From positions 3,392,001-3,456,000 of the forward strand of contig AP038806.1 of assembly GCA_047150005.1 (NCBI GenBank): 64,000 nt of DNA. The letters are read 5' to 3'. The translations under genes were made by a program, and so were the position numbers. Source of the DNA: Nitrospira sp. GTDB lineage: Bacteria; Nitrospirota; Nitrospiria; Nitrospirales; Nitrospiraceae. The notes beneath the pieces are model-generated. The model saw only the letters and a program-made list of their open reading frames with translations, was not told where the DNA came from and did not search any database. Positions within the stretch are counted from its first letter, which is position 1, and every line of letters begins with the position of its first letter. Positions 1 through 9,994 of this stretch are shown here, one piece after another.

Positions 1-189
1 GGCGACGTGATCGATGTGATCGTCGGGACGGCGGAGGAGACCAAGGCCGACCTGATCGTCATGACCACCGACGGACGCAACGGTTTTCTGGACGCCTTGC
101 GCGGAAGCCACAGCGAACGGATCCTCCGGCGAACGCCCTGTCCGCTCCTGGCGATCCCAGCCGGTGGGTTCATCTCCTCGGTGATGTGA
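1..189 (+). CDS. Universal stress protein, C-terminal part (cut by window start)
   Basis: ADLIVMTTDGR...LRGSHSERILRRTPCPLLAIP matches the USP C-terminal signature. Confidence 0.85.
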   Translation, partial: GDVIDVIVGTAEETKADLIVMTTDGRNGFLDALRGSHSERILRRTPCPLLAIPAGGFISSVM

Positions 190-268
190 CGCCGGATCAG
201 GTATGGCGTCGTGATCGGTCCCGGCTTGTCGATCGTCGCCCTGATCCGCCTCAAACAAGGAGACAACC

Positions 269-1873
269 ATGAACCAACCAGCTCGGAGCGCGCTCGTGTC
301 GGCTGTCGCCTTTGTGGTGGCGGTTGCCGCATCGACGCAGGCGCAGGCTGAACAAGCGAAATCCGTCGACAGTCCGCGGGGCAAACCCAACATCCTCGTG
401 ATTTGGGGCGACGACATCGGCGTGCACAACATCAGCGCGTACAACCACGGAATTATGGGGTATCGGACTCCCAATATCGACCGCATTGCCAAGGAAGGGG
501 CGATGTTCACCGATGCCTATGGGGAACAATCCTGCACGGCCGGACGAGCCGCATTCATGCTCGGTCAGCACCCGTTTCGGACCGGACTGTTGACCATCGG
601 CATGCCCGGTTCGCCGCACGGCATTCCGGATTGGACGCCGACCATCGCGGACATCATGAAGGAACAGGGTTACATGACGGCGCAGTTCGGCAAGAATCAT
701 TTCGGCGACCACGATCACCACTTGCCCACCGCACACGGCTTTGACGAGTTCTTCGGCAATCTCTACCATCTCAATGCGGAGGAAGAGCCGGAGACCTACT
801 ATTATCCGAAGGATCCGGAATTCAAGCGGAAATACGGCCCGCGCGGTGTGCTCAAAACCACGGCTGACGGGAAGATTCAGGATACGGGTCCGTTAACACG
901 TAAGCGCATGGAGACCGTGGATGAGGAATTCTTTGCCGGAGCCGTGGAATATCTGGAGCGGGCGAAGAAAGCCGACAAACCCTTCTTCGTCTGGTTCAAC
1001 ACGACCCGGATGCATGTCTGGACGCATCTGAAGAAGGATAGTGACGGAGTCACCGGAGTCGGTCTGTATCCGGATGGCATGGTCGAGCACGACAAGATGG
1101 TCGGCGCCCTTCTCAAGAAGCTCGAAGAGCTTGGGTTTGCGGACAACACGATCGTCATGTATTCAACGGACAACGGCGCGGAAACCGTCACGTGGCCCGA
1201 CGGCGGGATTACGCCGTTTCATGGAGAAAAGGGGACCACTTTCGAAGGCGGCCATCGGGTTCCTCTTCTCGTGAAATGGCCGGGGGTCATTAAGCCGGGC
1301 TCGATTTACAACGACATGATCGGCCACAATGATTGGATGCCGACCTTTGCCGCAGCCGCCGGCATACCCGACATGAAAGAGAAGCTGATGAACGGCGTGA
1401 AGCTCCATGGCAAGGATTTCAAGGTCCACCTGGACGGGTATAACCTGTTGCCGTACCTCAATGGAGAGATGAAGAAGGGACCGCGTGAGGAGTACTTCTA
1501 CTTCGGCCAGGGAGGCGAATTGAATGCGGTGCGGTGGAACGACTGGAAAGTGAATTTCGCGATGATCGACGGCAACATCGCCACAGGCACACGCAAGGTG
1601 ACCGGTTGGCCGATCATCGTGAACTTACGAGCGGATCCATACGAAAAAATGCCGTTTGAGTCCGGATCGTACATTCGTTGGTACGCAGACAACCTGTGGT
1701 TGTTCGTTCCGATTCAACAGAAAATCAAGGCGTTTTTCGCAGATTTTGAGAAGTATCCGTATCAGGCCGGAGCCAGCCTCAATGCGGCGGGGATCAATTA
1801 CCAGACGCTGAAAGTCATGGAGGCGCTGAAGCGGTTGCAGCAACTGGAGAGCCTGGCGCCACCGACCAACTGA
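269..1873 (+). CDS. Exported arylsulfatase (Cys-type, CxAxR)
   Basis: Signal peptide, KPNILVIWGDD, SCTAGR, GKNH, TDNG motifs; AGGAG RBS. Confidence 0.93.
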   Translation: MNQPARSALVSAVAFVVAVAASTQAQAEQAKSVDSPRGKPNILVIWGDDIGVHNISAYNHGIMGYRTPNIDRIAKEGAMFTDAYGEQSCTAGRAAFMLGQHPFRTGLLTIGMPGSPHGIPDWTPTIADIMKEQGYMTAQFGKNHFGDHDHHLPTAHGFDEFFGNLYHLNAEEEPETYYYPKDPEFKRKYGPRGVLKTTADGKIQDTGPLTRKRMETVDEEFFAGAVEYLERAKKADKPFFVWFNTTRMHVWTHLKKDSDGVTGVGLYPDGMVEHDKMVGALLKKLEELGFADNTIVMYSTDNGAETVTWPDGGITPFHGEKGTTFEGGHRVPLLVKWPGVIKPGSIYNDMIGHNDWMPTFAAAAGIPDMKEKLMNGVKLHGKDFKVHLDGYNLLPYLNGEMKKGPREEYFYFGQGGELNAVRWNDWKVNFAMIDGNIATGTRKVTGWPIIVNLRADPYEKMPFESGSYIRWYADNLWLFVPIQQKIKAFFADFEKYPYQAGASLNAAGINYQTLKVMEALKRLQQLESLAPPTN

Positions 1874-1895
1874 AGTGGAGAAGGAGGCGGACGTC

Positions 1896-2342
1896 ATGCT
1901 GAATCAACCAACGATACGTTGGTGGGTTCTTTCTTTGGCTCTGCTCGTCGGCTGCGCGTCAGGCTCCGATCATCAAGACCGCTCCTGGAAACCGGTGCCG
2001 ATTACCGGGGTTCATATGGTCGTCGGTGAATGGGAAGGAACGGTCAAGAAGGAACACGGCGCGCTCGTCGAAGGCGGAGGTCGTCTCATGATTCGAGACA
2101 ACAGCACATACTTGTTTGCCGGCCAAACGACCACCAGATCGGCGGTCGGGAGCGGACCGCTTGAGGTGAAGGACGGCCGATTGATCGGCGATACCAATCG
2201 CCGCGCCCTCACGCTGATGTTGTATGACCATAAGGGGCAGGAGGTGATCGTCGTCGATGCGACGAATCATGAGACGGGCGAACGCTATCGCGGGGAATTC
2301 AGGAGGGTCCAAGAATCGTCGGGCAGACCGACCTCCCCTTAA
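1896..2342 (+). CDS. Hypothetical lipoprotein, paralog of 15342-15767
   Basis: Lipobox LLVGC; WKPVPIT..VVGEWEG shared with paralog; AAGGAGG RBS. Confidence 0.7.
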   Translation: MLNQPTIRWWVLSLALLVGCASGSDHQDRSWKPVPITGVHMVVGEWEGTVKKEHGALVEGGGRLMIRDNSTYLFAGQTTTRSAVGSGPLEVKDGRLIGDTNRRALTLMLYDHKGQEVIVVDATNHETGERYRGEFRRVQESSGRPTSP

Positions 2343-2350
2343 TCGCGCCT

Positions 2351-2791
2351 TCATTTCCAGATGTTCTTGAGAAGGTCTGATACGCCTGGACCTCCCTTGG
2401 ACCCCATAAATTCCGCGAGTGCCTCCGGCATCTTGGACGTCTGTTCCGCACTCATTCCAAGTTTGGACATGACCGCGTTCGCCTCTTCCATGCTTCCCAC
2501 ATTCTTGAATCCGCCCAAGGCCTTACTCTGATCAAGAATCTGATTCATGTCGGGCACCGAATGATACAGCTTCGCGGCGTCTTGCGCAGGTAGCTTCGCT
2601 TGGGCGAGATCAAAGAGCGCGCCGGATCCACCTACGGCCTGGGGAAGCGACGCGCCGACCTTAGTGACCATCGACTTCACCATCGGGTTGTCCGCCAGGG
2701 ACGCGAGAGTGTTCATCGACATGCCCGAACATCCGGTCATGAGGAGCGCACACAATGGCATGGCAACGAACGATACAAAGGTCGGTCTCAT
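2351..2791 (-). CDS. Lipoprotein, DUF2780-like
   Basis: Lipobox LMTGC; QAVGGSGALF..A and KLGMS motifs. Confidence 0.65.
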   Translation of the reverse strand: MRPTFVSFVAMPLCALLMTGCSGMSMNTLASLADNPMVKSMVTKVGASLPQAVGGSGALFDLAQAKLPAQDAAKLYHSVPDMNQILDQSKALGGFKNVGSMEEANAVMSKLGMSAEQTSKMPEALAEFMGSKGGPGVSDLLKNIWK

Positions 2792-3135
2792 GGGGTCTCC
2801 TTTTCTTTCCTATTGAGTGGTGAACAGTCCCGTTGATCCAAGTCGGCCCAGTATCTCATAGGGCCCACATACCGCCTACTGTCAATTGTGACAGAGCATC
2901 GACGCTGGTGGGTTCATTGGCCTGTGAGACTCGATGGCCTCGAAGCATGGCTACGAGCACAGGCTGGCTCCCATCGTGCAGGACAACATGTCCGGCAGGC
3001 CTCCCGGGGGCTTCTGTCACTTTTGACAGTTCCAACCCGATGGGAAGACATGCTACCCCAGAGAACCAGGCTGCCGTGTCTACATCCAGGTGTCGAGCCG
3101 TACGGTCACGAGAAACAACCAAAGGAGCCACCTCT

Positions 3136-4224
3136 ATGACATCGAGAGATTCAGTCAGGTCTTGCCGTATCCGTGTCGGTCGGAATGCCATGAAACATGT
3201 GGGCTCAGCCCTGGCCGTTGTCTTGTTGACGGCGACGGGAGCCTGGGCCAAGTCCGCTTCACCCCCTCCGACAAAGCCGGTCCCGGTAACCGTCGATAAT
3301 TTTATCCGCGCCGAGACGGACCTGTATTTCAGTAACGTCGTCAAAGAGAAAGGCTTCGGCAAGTTCTTGCACAATCGCCAGGTCACGCCGATCAACAAGC
3401 AACTGGTCGTGCGGTCGAACCGGGACACGGTCTATTCGGCGGCGGTGTTCGACCTGGATGCGGGACCGGTGACGATCGTGCTGCCGGATGCCGGAACGCG
3501 GTTCATGTCGATGCAGATCATTACGGAAGACCATCTCTCTCCGCTTGTCGCGTACAAACCGGGCAGCCATACCGTGACGCGGGAGGAGATGGGCACGCGC
3601 TACATCCTGGCGGCGGTCCGCATCTTGGTCGACCCGTCCGACGTGGGAGATCTGGAGGAGGTTCATGCCCTCCAGGACGCGATCAGGGTCGAGCAGGCCG
3701 GTGCCGGGAAGTTCGAAGTCCCGCGATGGGATCCCGTCAGCCAGAAGAAGATCCGCGATGCTCTCAGCGTGCTGGGCGCGACGGTACCTGATTCCAAGCA
3801 TATGTTCGGGACGAGCCAACAAGTAAAGCCGCTGCGGCATCTCATCGGATCGGCCGTGGCATGGGGAGGGAATCCGGAAACGGAGGCCGCCTATCTCAAC
3901 GTGACCCCCACTCGTAACGACGGGACCACCCTGTATAGATTGACCGTCAGGGAGGTGCCGGTCGACGGCTTCTGGTCGATCACGGTGTACAACGCGAAGG
4001 GGTACATGGAGGCGAACAAGTACGACGCCTACTCCTTGAACAGCATCACGGCGAAGAAGAGGCTCGACGGTTCAGTTGCGGTGCAGTTCGGTGGATGCAA
4101 CGGCAAAATCGCCAACTGTCTCCCAATCATGAAGGGATGGAACTACATCGTGCGCCTCTATCGTCCCCATCCGGAAATCTTGAACGGGACCTGGGTCTTT
4201 CCGGAGGCCGAGCCGATGAAGTGA
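3136..4224 (+). CDS. DUF1254/DUF1214 exported protein
   Basis: VTVDNFIRAETD, NRDTVYS, VPVDGFWSITVY, YIVRLYRP; AAAGGAG before ATG 3136. Confidence 0.85.
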   Translation: MTSRDSVRSCRIRVGRNAMKHVGSALAVVLLTATGAWAKSASPPPTKPVPVTVDNFIRAETDLYFSNVVKEKGFGKFLHNRQVTPINKQLVVRSNRDTVYSAAVFDLDAGPVTIVLPDAGTRFMSMQIITEDHLSPLVAYKPGSHTVTREEMGTRYILAAVRILVDPSDVGDLEEVHALQDAIRVEQAGAGKFEVPRWDPVSQKKIRDALSVLGATVPDSKHMFGTSQQVKPLRHLIGSAVAWGGNPETEAAYLNVTPTRNDGTTLYRLTVREVPVDGFWSITVYNAKGYMEANKYDAYSLNSITAKKRLDGSVAVQFGGCNGKIANCLPIMKGWNYIVRLYRPHPEILNGTWVFPEAEPMK

Positions 4225-4283
4225 ACCGATGGTTCCAGCACGGTCCTTCGTGACGGAGGAAGCCAACCTGGAGGAACAAGGCC

Positions 4284-4865
4284 ATGAACCACTTCCACAT
4301 ACTGGATCAACTCAGCAAGAACTGGGGCTGGATCGCCTTGCGTGGTGCGGCTGCCGTGATGTTCGGCATCTTAGCGCTGGCCTGGCCTGGAGTCACGCTG
4401 GTCATCTTGGCGATATTCTTCGGCGCCTATGCCCTGACCGACGGTGTGTGTGCCCTGATGGCGGCCTATCGGAGGCGTGAAGGCCGCCGGCCGGTGTGGC
4501 CGCTCGTCGTCGTCGGGCTGCTGGGAGTCGGGGCCGGCATTGTCACATTCATCTGGCCGGAGATGACCGCATTGGCCTTGCTGATGTTCATTGCCTGGTG
4601 GGCGCTCTTCGTCGGCCTATTTCAGATCGCGGCGGCGATCCGGTTGCGCAAGGAAATCGACAACGAATGGATGCTCGGGGCCTCCGGTGCCCTGTCGGTC
4701 CTCTTCGGCATTCTCATGATCACGAGTCCCGGCGCCGGCGCGCTCGCCGTGGCCTGGATCATCGGCGCCTATTCGATCGCCTTCGGCGTGTTGTTGGTCG
4801 CCTTGGCATTCCGGCTGAAGAAGGTTGCAGACCGTCCTCATGGCCGAATCGACGCGACGGCATAA
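4284..4865 (+). CDS. HdeD/DUF308 family membrane protein
   Basis: WGWIALRG start, about six hydrophobic helices. Confidence 0.85.
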   Translation: MNHFHILDQLSKNWGWIALRGAAAVMFGILALAWPGVTLVILAIFFGAYALTDGVCALMAAYRRREGRRPVWPLVVVGLLGVGAGIVTFIWPEMTALALLMFIAWWALFVGLFQIAAAIRLRKEIDNEWMLGASGALSVLFGILMITSPGAGALAVAWIIGAYSIAFGVLLVALAFRLKKVADRPHGRIDATA

Positions 4866-4975
4866 GAGCACCGCATACCATCTCGTAGAGAGATCATCAA
4901 TTCCGGCAGTCGTGCCATGCCATAGGGTACGACGGTGTCATCGGCAGTGTTGATCGAGACGGAGGAGGTGAATCA

Positions 4976-6679
4976 ATGAATGGAATCTCGTCAGATGCAT
5001 CCTGCGGTTTGCTGAAAGTACGCATCGTCATGATTCTGGTCTGGTGGCTTGCCATTACCGGCATTGCCGGCGCCCAGACACAGGCGAAACCGAACATCCT
5101 TGTCATCTTCGGAGACGATATCGGCATCAGCAATATCAGCGCCTATAGTGACGGGCTGATGGGCTACGAGACGCCTACCATCGATCGCATTGCACAGGAG
5201 GGCATCCGGTTCCTCCACTACTATGGCGAGCAGTCGTGCACCGCCGGCCGCGCGGCCTTCCTTACCGGCCAGCACGGGATCCGCACCGGCCTCACCAAGG
5301 TGGGCTTCCCGGGGGCGCCCATGGGGATGAGTCAGCTCGATCCATCAATCGGCGGGATCATGAACAATCTCGGCTACGCGACCGGCCAGTTCGGTAAGAA
5401 CCATGTCGGTGATCGCAACGAGACATTGCCGACTGTCAACGGGTTCGATGAGTTCTACGGCAACCTGTATCATCTCAACGCCGAGGAAGAACCCGAACTG
5501 TCCGACTATCCCAAAGATCCGGAGTATGCGAAGAAGTTCGGCCCTCGGGGAGTGCTCAGAACAAAAGCCACCGATAAGGATGACCCGACCGTCGATCCTC
5601 GCTTCGGCAAGATCGGGAAGCAGACCATCGAAGACACGGGTGCGCTGACCAAAAAGCGCATGGAGACGATCGATGACGAGACCTCGGCCGCCGCCATCGA
5701 GTACATGAAGCGGCAGCACTTGGCGGGCAAGCCGTTTTTCGTCTGGTACAACTCGACGCGCATGCATCTTCGCACGCACGTGCGCACCGAGCATCGCGGC
5801 CGGTACACACACGGCGACAGCGAGTACATTGATGGCATGATCGAGCACGACGAGACCGTCGGGTCGTTGCTCAAGGCTTTGGACGGTATGGGGATCGCGA
5901 ACGATACGATCGTCGTCTACACTAGCGATAACGGCCCGCACATGAACACCTGGCCGGATGGCGCGATGACGCCTTTCCGCTCGGAGAAGAACACCAACTG
6001 GGAGGGTGCGTTCCGTGTGCCATGCCTGGTTCGCTGGCCGGGCCATATCAAGCCGGGGACTGTGACCAACGAACTCATGAGCCACAACGACTGGATTCCC
6101 ACCCTTGCCTCGATCGCCGGAGAACCCGACATCGTCAACAAACTGAAGCATGGCTACATCGCCAACGGGATCACGTACAAGGTCCATCTCGACGGGTACG
6201 ACCAGTCGAAATTTCTCACGTCCGTGGAAGGCACCGCAACAAAGAACAATGGCGTGAAGAGTGCCAGGAACAGGTTCTTCTACTCCGACGATGATGCTTT
6301 ATTGGTCGGCATGCGGGATGGCGACTACAAATACGTCTACTCGGAACAACGCAAGAAAGGCACGATGGGGGTATGGGCCGAGCCGTTCACGACCCTCCGC
6401 CTTCAGAAGATCTTCAACCTCATGCAGGATCCCTACGAGCGCGCGGACATCACGTCCAACACCTATTGGGACTGGAACCTCAACCACGTAGGATCCATGT
6501 ACGGCGTGATGGATGAAGTCTTTAAGTTTGCCGCGTCATTCAAGGAATTTCCGCCTCGCTCGTATCCGCCGAGCTTCAACCCGGCGACCATCATGGAAGA
6601 TACGCTGCGTGAAATTAAAGCCAGGCAGAAACTGGAGAAGGCGTTTCCGATGCTCCATGGGGAACCCTCGAAACGCTAG
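4976..6679 (+). CDS. Exported arylsulfatase 2 (CxAxR)
   Basis: KPNILVIFGDD, SCTAGR, GKNH, SDNG; clear paralog of 269-1873. Confidence 0.93.
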   Translation: MNGISSDASCGLLKVRIVMILVWWLAITGIAGAQTQAKPNILVIFGDDIGISNISAYSDGLMGYETPTIDRIAQEGIRFLHYYGEQSCTAGRAAFLTGQHGIRTGLTKVGFPGAPMGMSQLDPSIGGIMNNLGYATGQFGKNHVGDRNETLPTVNGFDEFYGNLYHLNAEEEPELSDYPKDPEYAKKFGPRGVLRTKATDKDDPTVDPRFGKIGKQTIEDTGALTKKRMETIDDETSAAAIEYMKRQHLAGKPFFVWYNSTRMHLRTHVRTEHRGRYTHGDSEYIDGMIEHDETVGSLLKALDGMGIANDTIVVYTSDNGPHMNTWPDGAMTPFRSEKNTNWEGAFRVPCLVRWPGHIKPGTVTNELMSHNDWIPTLASIAGEPDIVNKLKHGYIANGITYKVHLDGYDQSKFLTSVEGTATKNNGVKSARNRFFYSDDDALLVGMRDGDYKYVYSEQRKKGTMGVWAEPFTTLRLQKIFNLMQDPYERADITSNTYWDWNLNHVGSMYGVMDEVFKFAASFKEFPPRSYPPSFNPATIMEDTLREIKARQKLEKAFPMLHGEPSKR

Positions 6680-6698
6680 GAGCAAGAGGGACATCCTC

Positions 6699-6910
6699 AT
6701 GTTGCTCAAGAAAAGCTGGCCGACGGCAAGTGGCACGCAGGGGCATCGGCCGAAGCGGCGGCGAAGGCGGGCGATGTGGGTATCGCAGGAGGGGGAGGCA
6801 CAGCCGATCTTATGAAGAAGGGCTACACCTCCTATGTGTTGACCGATGCCGGTGTGTCAGCGACCGCGACGGTTGCGGCCTTGCGGGCGCAACCCTATTC
6901 AATCGACTAG
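6699..6910 (+). pseudogene. Internally deleted Ysc84/SYLF-like gene remnant
   Basis: RBS+ATG (MLLKK) then out-of-frame KLADGKWHAGASAEAAAKAG...YVLTDAGVSATATV..* (6713-6910), resembling a SYLF C-terminus. Confidence 0.5.
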
Positions 6911-6956
6911 GTAGAAAGAGCGCCCACGCACATTCAGTAAGGCCTGGAGGAGGCCC

Positions 6957-7419
6957 ATGAACCGGATATTTTGTCTCATCCGAATGACGACCATCCTAGG
7001 CCTGAGCATGATGACGCCGGTTTCATTTGCGAATGCCGGTGAGCTTGTGCGGGAAGAAGCGGTCCGCCAGGGCAAGTGGGAGATTCTGCTCTCACCCCAA
7101 TACACGCTGGCCAAGAATCTGGGATTCGACGGAGGCACCACCGCGAAGGTCAACGGTACGTGGGGATTCGGATTGCAGATCGGTTATAACTTCACCGAAC
7201 ACCTCAATCTTGCCGGCTATTTTTCCTGGACCCAGCCGGACTATCAAGCGGTGGTGCAACCGGCCCCCGGTAACTCCGGACCCGCCCGTAACATCAGCGG
7301 CAGCCTGCAGATGAACACCCTTGATCCGGGGCGGAGTGCGGCAACAGTGGATCGATTTATCCCACATGGAAATTCCATGGTTTACGACATTCAAGTTCGA
7401 TATTGGGTTTAAGTTTTAG
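6957..7419 (+). pseudogene. Outer-membrane beta-barrel gene with internal deletion/frameshift
   Basis: Signal peptide and beta strands to ~7320; a different frame (7321-7419) ends ...FKFDIGFKF*, a typical terminal-Phe beta signal. Confidence 0.65.
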
Positions 7420-7717
7420 CACCGCCATCACCATCTACGCAGCGGATTCACTTCCGTCCTGCAATGACACAATGCCGAGGATATGAGGGGCGATTGGAAG
7501 AAGGTTTTCCCGTTCGACCAATAGCGGGAAGAGGGAATCGAGGAACGTGTCGTCGAGCCGTAATTCATTTGTTTCGTGAAGTCCGCGGTGGAGGTCAAGA
7601 GGGTGATCGTTCGGATAGCGCGACCACCCTCGAGCGGGTCAGCGAAGAACAAAGAGCAGCTCTCTGCAATCAGAGCGTTCCTGGAACACAGTCATGACAT
7701 CAATTCGGTAGTGACGT

Positions 7718-8293
7718 TCATTTGTTTAGCTTGGTGAATTTCGTTCCCTCGAACGACAGGTTATACATCAATCCCTTCTGACCCAAGACGAAGCCGACGA
7801 TCGGGTCTTTCAGATTGTTGGTATCGATCGCACCCCCGGTTCCCAAAGTCACCAGGGAGACGGATCCATCCACCCCCGCCTTCCACCCGTCGCTGTCTCG
7901 GAACTTTTTCAGGGCTTCCTCCTGCAGAAATACGATGACCACCGTCTTGATTTCCCCGCCGAGCTGCAATCCAAATGAGCCTTGAAACATGTTGTAGTAA
8001 TCCGCCGTCTTGCCGGCGACTCGGAGTGCACCTTCTCCGTACTCTCCTCCAAAACCAGCCCCTCCCTTGAGCACTCTGGGGAATGCCAGCACGCCCTTGC
8101 TGCTGTCGAGGAAACCCTTACCGCCTTTGATTTCTTTTTCGAATTTCTCAATGGCATCGTCCACGCCGGCGTCAATTTCTTTGGCTGAGCCGGCCCACGT
8201 GGGGCTGGCTAGCCATCCACTCAAAATCAACGATGGCACTATCAGTGCGGCGACAAATCGCATGCCACGGAGCTTCTCACAGAACTGTCTCAT
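7718..8293 (-). CDS. Ysc84/SYLF lipid-binding domain protein
   Basis: KGVLAFPRVLKGGAGFGGEYGEG, GSFGLQLG, GLMYNLSFEGTKF. Confidence 0.85.
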   Translation of the reverse strand: MRQFCEKLRGMRFVAALIVPSLILSGWLASPTWAGSAKEIDAGVDDAIEKFEKEIKGGKGFLDSSKGVLAFPRVLKGGAGFGGEYGEGALRVAGKTADYYNMFQGSFGLQLGGEIKTVVIVFLQEEALKKFRDSDGWKAGVDGSVSLVTLGTGGAIDTNNLKDPIVGFVLGQKGLMYNLSFEGTKFTKLNK

Positions 8294-8572
8294 GACTATC
8301 CTCCTATGATAGAAAGTGTGTTGCCGACGCTTGCTCGATAGCTAGCCTTCAAACCTCTTGATGTGCGGAGTGTAGGACCCTTCCGAGGGGTCCGCAACTG
8401 TCAAAAGTAACAGTGCCAACAGAACAGAGCGACGTCCGGGAAACAAGCACTGGCCGAATGATTTCGGTTCGTCAACTGTTGTAAGCTCGTCCGGCCTAGA
8501 TCATGAGGGGCAAGGAAGGCAGTCTTCACCGGCGAAACAGCGGAGAGGCGGGCGATTCAATATCGTCGTTGG

Positions 8573-9172
8573 TTGACAAGCGCGAGCATCGGAATGAGAG
8601 CCATTGTCCTGGTCAACTGCACTCCGTTTCATCTGACGGACATGCGCAGTACATCCACGCCGAAGCCGAAGTCGCTGGATGTGGCGGAGCTGGCCCGGAG
8701 CCCGATTCTGGTGTTTCCGACTGAAGCCTCACCCACTCTCCAAGGGTACAGTCTCGCAGTCTCCCAGGCACTCAGCACCGCGCTTTCGCAAGTGTCTCCT
8801 CCTTTTCAGGATATTCCCCAACACGAATCGTTGAATCGAATCAACGATCATGGATTGGCGCAAGACTACACGGAAATGGTCTCCGAATTTTCCCGCAGCG
8901 GCGTCTTCGACCGATCCCGTCTGGAAAAGCTCGGTTCGGCACTTGGTCTTCAATATCTGTTCCAGCCGGGAATCGGTGATTTCGCCGAAACTCTGGCAGA
9001 CCGGCTGATGTTGGGAGGCTGGCGCCTGGTCAAGACCCGAGCCGCCACTCTTCGTCTCTGGCTGCGGCTTTGGGACATGAAGTCAGGGCACATCCTGTGG
9101 GAGGCGACAGGAGAGGCCACCGTGACGAACGGAAATCCAACGACCGGCGGAGGATCCATGGAGGCATATTGA
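8573..9172 (+). CDS. Hypothetical protein, C-terminally truncated paralog of 14512-15282
   Basis: RINDHGLAQDY / YLFQP / TLRLWLRLWD..G.ILW align with the paralog; similarity stops near 9125; start uncertain. Confidence 0.55.
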   Translation: MTSASIGMRAIVLVNCTPFHLTDMRSTSTPKPKSLDVAELARSPILVFPTEASPTLQGYSLAVSQALSTALSQVSPPFQDIPQHESLNRINDHGLAQDYTEMVSEFSRSGVFDRSRLEKLGSALGLQYLFQPGIGDFAETLADRLMLGGWRLVKTRAATLRLWLRLWDMKSGHILWEATGEATVTNGNPTTGGGSMEAY

Positions 9173-9185
9173 AAGAGGTGGAGTT

Positions 9186-9338
9186 ATGAATTCACAACGG
9201 CTGCAGCGCGGGAGACCTGGGAGGTTCGTCCGGGCCTCGCTGGCCACGGCTCTTCTGGCCGGCGCGATCGCGCTGTGTGTCGCGCTGTTCGCCGGTGCGC
9301 TGTGGACGGTGATGCGACCCGGACACAACAGAGGATGA
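9186..9338 (+). CDS. 50-aa single-pass membrane protein
   Basis: GAGGTGGAG RBS; MNSQRLQRGRPGRFVRASLATALLAGAIALCVALFAGALWTVMRPGHNRG*. Confidence 0.5.
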   Translation: MNSQRLQRGRPGRFVRASLATALLAGAIALCVALFAGALWTVMRPGHNRG

Positions 9339-9352
9339 TGAGGCGGTGATGT

Positions 9353-9973
9353 ATGAAATGTGACATACGTGAGATCTGCTCGGTCGGTCTGGTCCTGGCG
9401 GTTGCCTCCCTGGCTGGTTGCCCCGGCGCCAAGTACAAAGCCATGGTCGAAGCGGCTCAGAGCGAGCTGAGCCCGAAGGCGATCGCGCATGACGATGTCC
9501 ATAAGGTGCACCTCCATGAGGCGCTGGTGGCGGAGCAGGGACTGTCCGGCCTGACTTTGTCGATCTATGTGTTCATGGAGCGAGCCTATTTGGTCGGCCA
9601 TGTGGACAGTCCGGACCAACGCGAAGCCGTATTGCAGACGGCCCGACATGTTCAAGGTCTGCGATCGGTGGAGGGCTACTTGCCGGTGACCGTGCCGACC
9701 GCCGACGGCAACACCGTGTCGGACAAGGCCTCGGATGTCTCGCTGAAAGCCCAGGTCGTGTCGGCGCTCGCGCTGGAACCGGGCGTCGTGAAGAGCCGGG
9801 TTCATGCCGAGGTATTGGACGGGTTGGTCGTCCTGCTTGGTGTCGTCTCGGGAGAGCCGGAACGCCACCATGCCGAAAGGGCCGCGGCGGGGGTGGAGGG
9901 GGTCAAGGCCGTGACGAACTGGTTGTTGCTTCCCGAAGAAGGCTACATGTCGATCCGGAAGAAAATGCTGTAG
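9353..9973 (+). CDS. BON-domain (OsmY-like) lipoprotein
   Basis: LAGC lipobox; two BON repeats (AYLVGHV..V.GLRSV; VVLLGVV..VEGVKAV). Confidence 0.85.
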   Translation: MKCDIREICSVGLVLAVASLAGCPGAKYKAMVEAAQSELSPKAIAHDDVHKVHLHEALVAEQGLSGLTLSIYVFMERAYLVGHVDSPDQREAVLQTARHVQGLRSVEGYLPVTVPTADGNTVSDKASDVSLKAQVVSALALEPGVVKSRVHAEVLDGLVVLLGVVSGEPERHHAERAAAGVEGVKAVTNWLLLPEEGYMSIRKKML

Positions 9974-9994
9974 CGGCGCGTGGAGGACCCGACG

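Noticed and set aside
2833..3135. Long N-terminal extensions in the ORF track (also 23096-23245, 50556-50666, 53609-53761)
   Set aside because: RBS and signal peptides indicate downstream starts
7420..7717. Short ORFs on both strands
   Set aside because: No recognisable motif or RBS support
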